A stretch of 1,487 nt of DNA from assembly GCA_000004985.1 (NCBI GenBank), contig GG739405.1. One strand, 5' to 3'. Below the pieces are notes generated by a model. That model saw nothing but the letters and a program-made list of their open reading frames with translations. It did no database searches and was not told where the DNA came from. Made by a program: the position numbers and the translations under genes. Positions 1 to 1,487 of this stretch are shown here, piece by piece (the stretch's first letter is position 1; each line of letters starts with the position of its first letter). The DNA is from Naegleria gruberi. Its lineage: Eukaryota.

Positions 1-71
1 CCAGACATTTCGAATAATTTTTTGAGCATGGAAAATTTTTAACAACTCGGAATTGAGGTCGCTATCGGATG

Positions 72-93
72 TATATATATATATATATATATA
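72..93. repeat. (TA)11 dinucleotide microsatellite
   Basis: Direct reading: tatatatatatatatatatata flanked by ggatg...aaatgcatgc. Confidence 0.95.
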
Positions 94-220
94 AATGCAT
101 GCGAAAATTTTTATTTTATTTTTATTAAATATCTAATATGACAAACATATCCCACCAACGCATGTATGAAAATTCGTATTTTTCATTGAAATACTAATAA
201 ATTTCTAGTTTTTATCGAAA

Positions 221-250
221 TTTTTTTCAAAAAAACATTTTTTAAAAAAA
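221..250. repeat. Cluster of A/T homopolymer tracts forming short perfect or near-perfect palindromes (T7-C-A7 at 221-235; T6A7 at 238-250). Further T6/T7 runs follow at 265-280.
   Basis: Direct reading: tttttttcaaaaaaa cat ttttttaaaaaaa t ... cattttttcctttttttaa. Confidence 0.8.
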
Positions 251-514
251 TACCAAAACTCAACATTTTTTCCTTTTTTTAATTTACATATTTTTACTAC
301 TCGATATTAAATGGTAAACATGGTATGTCGAAAAAATTGTATCATCAAGATTCTAATAAATATGATTGAAGTTGTTTAACAACATTGATTTTTAAGACAA
401 TTAACGCCGATAACTTGATCTCTAATAAAGAAAGTACTTTTTATAGCTTTTCATATAAAGATTTATTACACTCAAATTAAATTTTAACTACAACACTTGA
501 TAAATTTTTCAAAT

Positions 515-520
<6 letters not shown>

Positions 521-547
<27 letters not shown>
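521..547. repeat. (TA)13 dinucleotide microsatellite
   Basis: Direct reading: uninterrupted TA run from 521 to 547, flanked by aaattataaa...ttattctcaaag. Confidence 0.95.
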
Positions 548-551
<4 letters not shown>

Positions 552-837
552 TCTCAAAGTCATTTACAACTAATAAAGCGAAAATACATTTGACTTACCA
601 AGGTAACCAAATTACTAGATTCTAAAGGAAATACAATATATATTCATGGTATTACTCATCATACTCAAGTTTCTATTACCTTAAAATGTTATTACGGCCA
701 ATTCAAACAGGCAATAAAAGACACACATTATCAGACATTGTAATAACAAATGCTCAACCTTTTGTTATAATATGTGAAATCTGTTGACAGAACAAAATGA
801 AATACAAAAAGTCTACTAATAAAGAGTTCTTACCAAG

Positions 838-1030
838 AAATCACCGAAAAACTCATGTAAAATGAAGAATGGAAAATCATTTTTAAGGGGTAAATAAATG
901 TAATCTGACAGATAAATGAATTTGCGAGGAATTATGATGAAAAGGATGTAGTGAGAATGGGATTTGATAAAGACAGGATGTGTAAAAAACATGAGGAGGA
1001 GTATGATGAAGAATAAAAGGGAAATGATTT
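838..1030. other. Strongly purine-skewed low-complexity block on the + strand (polypyrimidine on the - strand). It contains reiterated ATGA/GATG/GAGGAG elements.
   Basis: Direct reading: ...aaatgaagaatggaaaatca...gataaatgaatttgcgaggaattatgatgaaaaggatgtagtgagaatgggatttgataaagacaggatgtgtaaaaaacatgaggaggagtatgatgaagaataaaagggaaatga... This tract contains very few C or T residues. The strand asymmetry is far stronger than in the rest of the window. Confidence 0.6.
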
Positions 1031-1059
1031 TTCTAACATAGATAAATATAATTTTTGTT

Positions 1060-1062
<3 letters not shown>

Positions 1063-1090
<28 letters not shown>
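1063..1090. repeat. (AT)14 dinucleotide microsatellite
   Basis: Direct reading: uninterrupted AT run from 1063 to 1090, flanked by ttgttcac...tcacccaata. Confidence 0.95.
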
Positions 1091-1093
<3 letters not shown>

Positions 1094-1276
1094 CCCAATA
1101 ATTTATCAAAAAAATAAAATACAAAAAATCAATTCTCATATAACAACAAAATAAATTGTGAAAACGTATAAAAATTATATTCAAACTCGAATTTAGATCG
1201 AGAAACACACTAAACCACCAAACGGTACTACTAAGATTCTGTTAAGGTTCTAAACACAAGTTCTTCTGTAGCATGC

Positions 1277-1487
1277 TCATTTATGGATGTAATGTTTAGT
1301 TTCACTCCAACTTCTTTCCAAGAGTTTCCACTTTCCAACCTCAAAAGAGTATGGAAAAGGTTTCGAATCTTTCAACACTTCATGTAACATTGTTGTTTTA
1401 CCAATACCACTCTCTCCATAAAAGTACCTCAACAATTTTGTATCAATTTGACATTGTTTCATTTCTCCGATTGCTTCTTTGTAGGCA
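1277..1487 (-). CDS. Partial CDS (5' end lies beyond the window) for a P-loop NTPase, NB-ARC/STAND-like (plant NLR-type) fragment. Stop codon at 1277-1279.
   Basis: The supplied track gives a 61-aa ORF (M at 1462). The same frame stays open to the window edge upstream: AYKEAIGEM-KQCQIDTKLLRYFYGESGIGKTTMLHEV... It contains a Walker-A motif, GESGIGKTT. That motif is preceded by a hydrophobic stretch (LLRYFYG) and followed by MLHEVLKD then F-E-V-G-K-W. This loosely resembles the P-loop to RNBS-A arrangement of CC-NLR NB-ARC domains (vsIvGMGGlGKTTLAxxVyND...FDxxAW). GC content of this segment is about 35%, clearly above the ~20-25% of the flanking DNA, which fits an exon. The frame ends only 36 codons after the P-loop. 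No kinase-2, RNBS-B or GLPL motifs are present. Confidence 0.5.
   Translation of the reverse strand, partial: AYKEAIGEMKQCQIDTKLLRYFYGESGIGKTTMLHEVLKDSKPFPYSFEVGKWKLLERSWSETKHYIHK

Noticed and set aside
10-340. A recurrent cgaaa(a)ttttt motif at about 10, 102, 172, 215 and 329, which might be a tandem repeat unit
   Set aside because: The spacings are irregular (92, 70, 43, 114 bp). The motif is low-complexity, and there is no extended similarity around the copies. It is most likely a chance recurrence in AT-rich sequence.
860-1030. A series of short ATG-initiated micro-ORFs on the plus strand in the purine-rich block, which might be a uORF-rich 5' leader
   Set aside because: No downstream main ORF exists on the plus strand anywhere in the window. 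ATG is simply frequent in A/G/T-only sequence.
886-1032. A 49-codon stop-free frame on the minus strand across the polypyrimidine tract (translation KNHFPFILHHTPPHVFYTSCLYQIPFSLHPFHHNSSQIHLSVRLHLFTP)
   Set aside because: Stop codons need at least two purines, so a pyrimidine-rich strand is expected to be stop-free. There is no in-frame ATG. The translation is low-complexity (H/P/F/S/L) and resembles no domain. This is a compositional artefact.
72-1090. The possibility that the regularly spaced TA arrays are a CRISPR-like repeat-spacer structure
   Set aside because: The 'repeats' are pure dinucleotide SSRs of differing lengths with no conserved 25-40 bp unit. The 'spacers' are about 450-540 bp. 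The context is eukaryotic-type AT-rich DNA. None of this is compatible with CRISPR.
1-1487. A prokaryotic defence/accessory system (operon, toxin-antitoxin, phage element) spanning the window
   Set aside because: The window has only one ORF of 60 or more codons. It is about 75% AT, with microsatellites and homopolymer tracts typical of eukaryotic noncoding DNA. No RBS-spaced gene array, terminators or integrase/transposase-like ORFs are present.

Overview
This window is very AT-rich, low-complexity DNA that looks eukaryotic and is most consistent with a plant nuclear intergenic or intronic region. It does not look like a prokaryotic locus, and I see no support for a defence island, operon, CRISPR array or mobile-element gene set.

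The only convincing coding signal is a partial minus-strand ORF at the right edge (1277..1487, open past the window end). Its translation reads ...AYKEAIGEMKQCQIDTKLLRYFYGESGIGKTTMLHEVLKDSKPFPYSFEVGKW... This is a Walker-A/P-loop (GxxGxGKTT) in the strand-then-loop context typical of NB-ARC/STAND NTPases such as plant NLR resistance proteins. A possible RNBS-A-like F-E-x-x-x-W follows, and the frame then stops 36 codons after the P-loop. That points to an exon ending at an intron or to a truncated or decayed NLR fragment.

The remaining ~1.27 kb contains:
- three (TA)n microsatellites of 11-14 units each, spaced roughly 450-540 bp apart;
- a cluster of A/T homopolymer palindromes;
- a roughly 190-bp strongly purine-skewed block;
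- five exact plus-strand copies of the octamer CTAATAAA, which is more than composition predicts.

Every call below is read from the sequence by eye. No database search or HMM run was possible.
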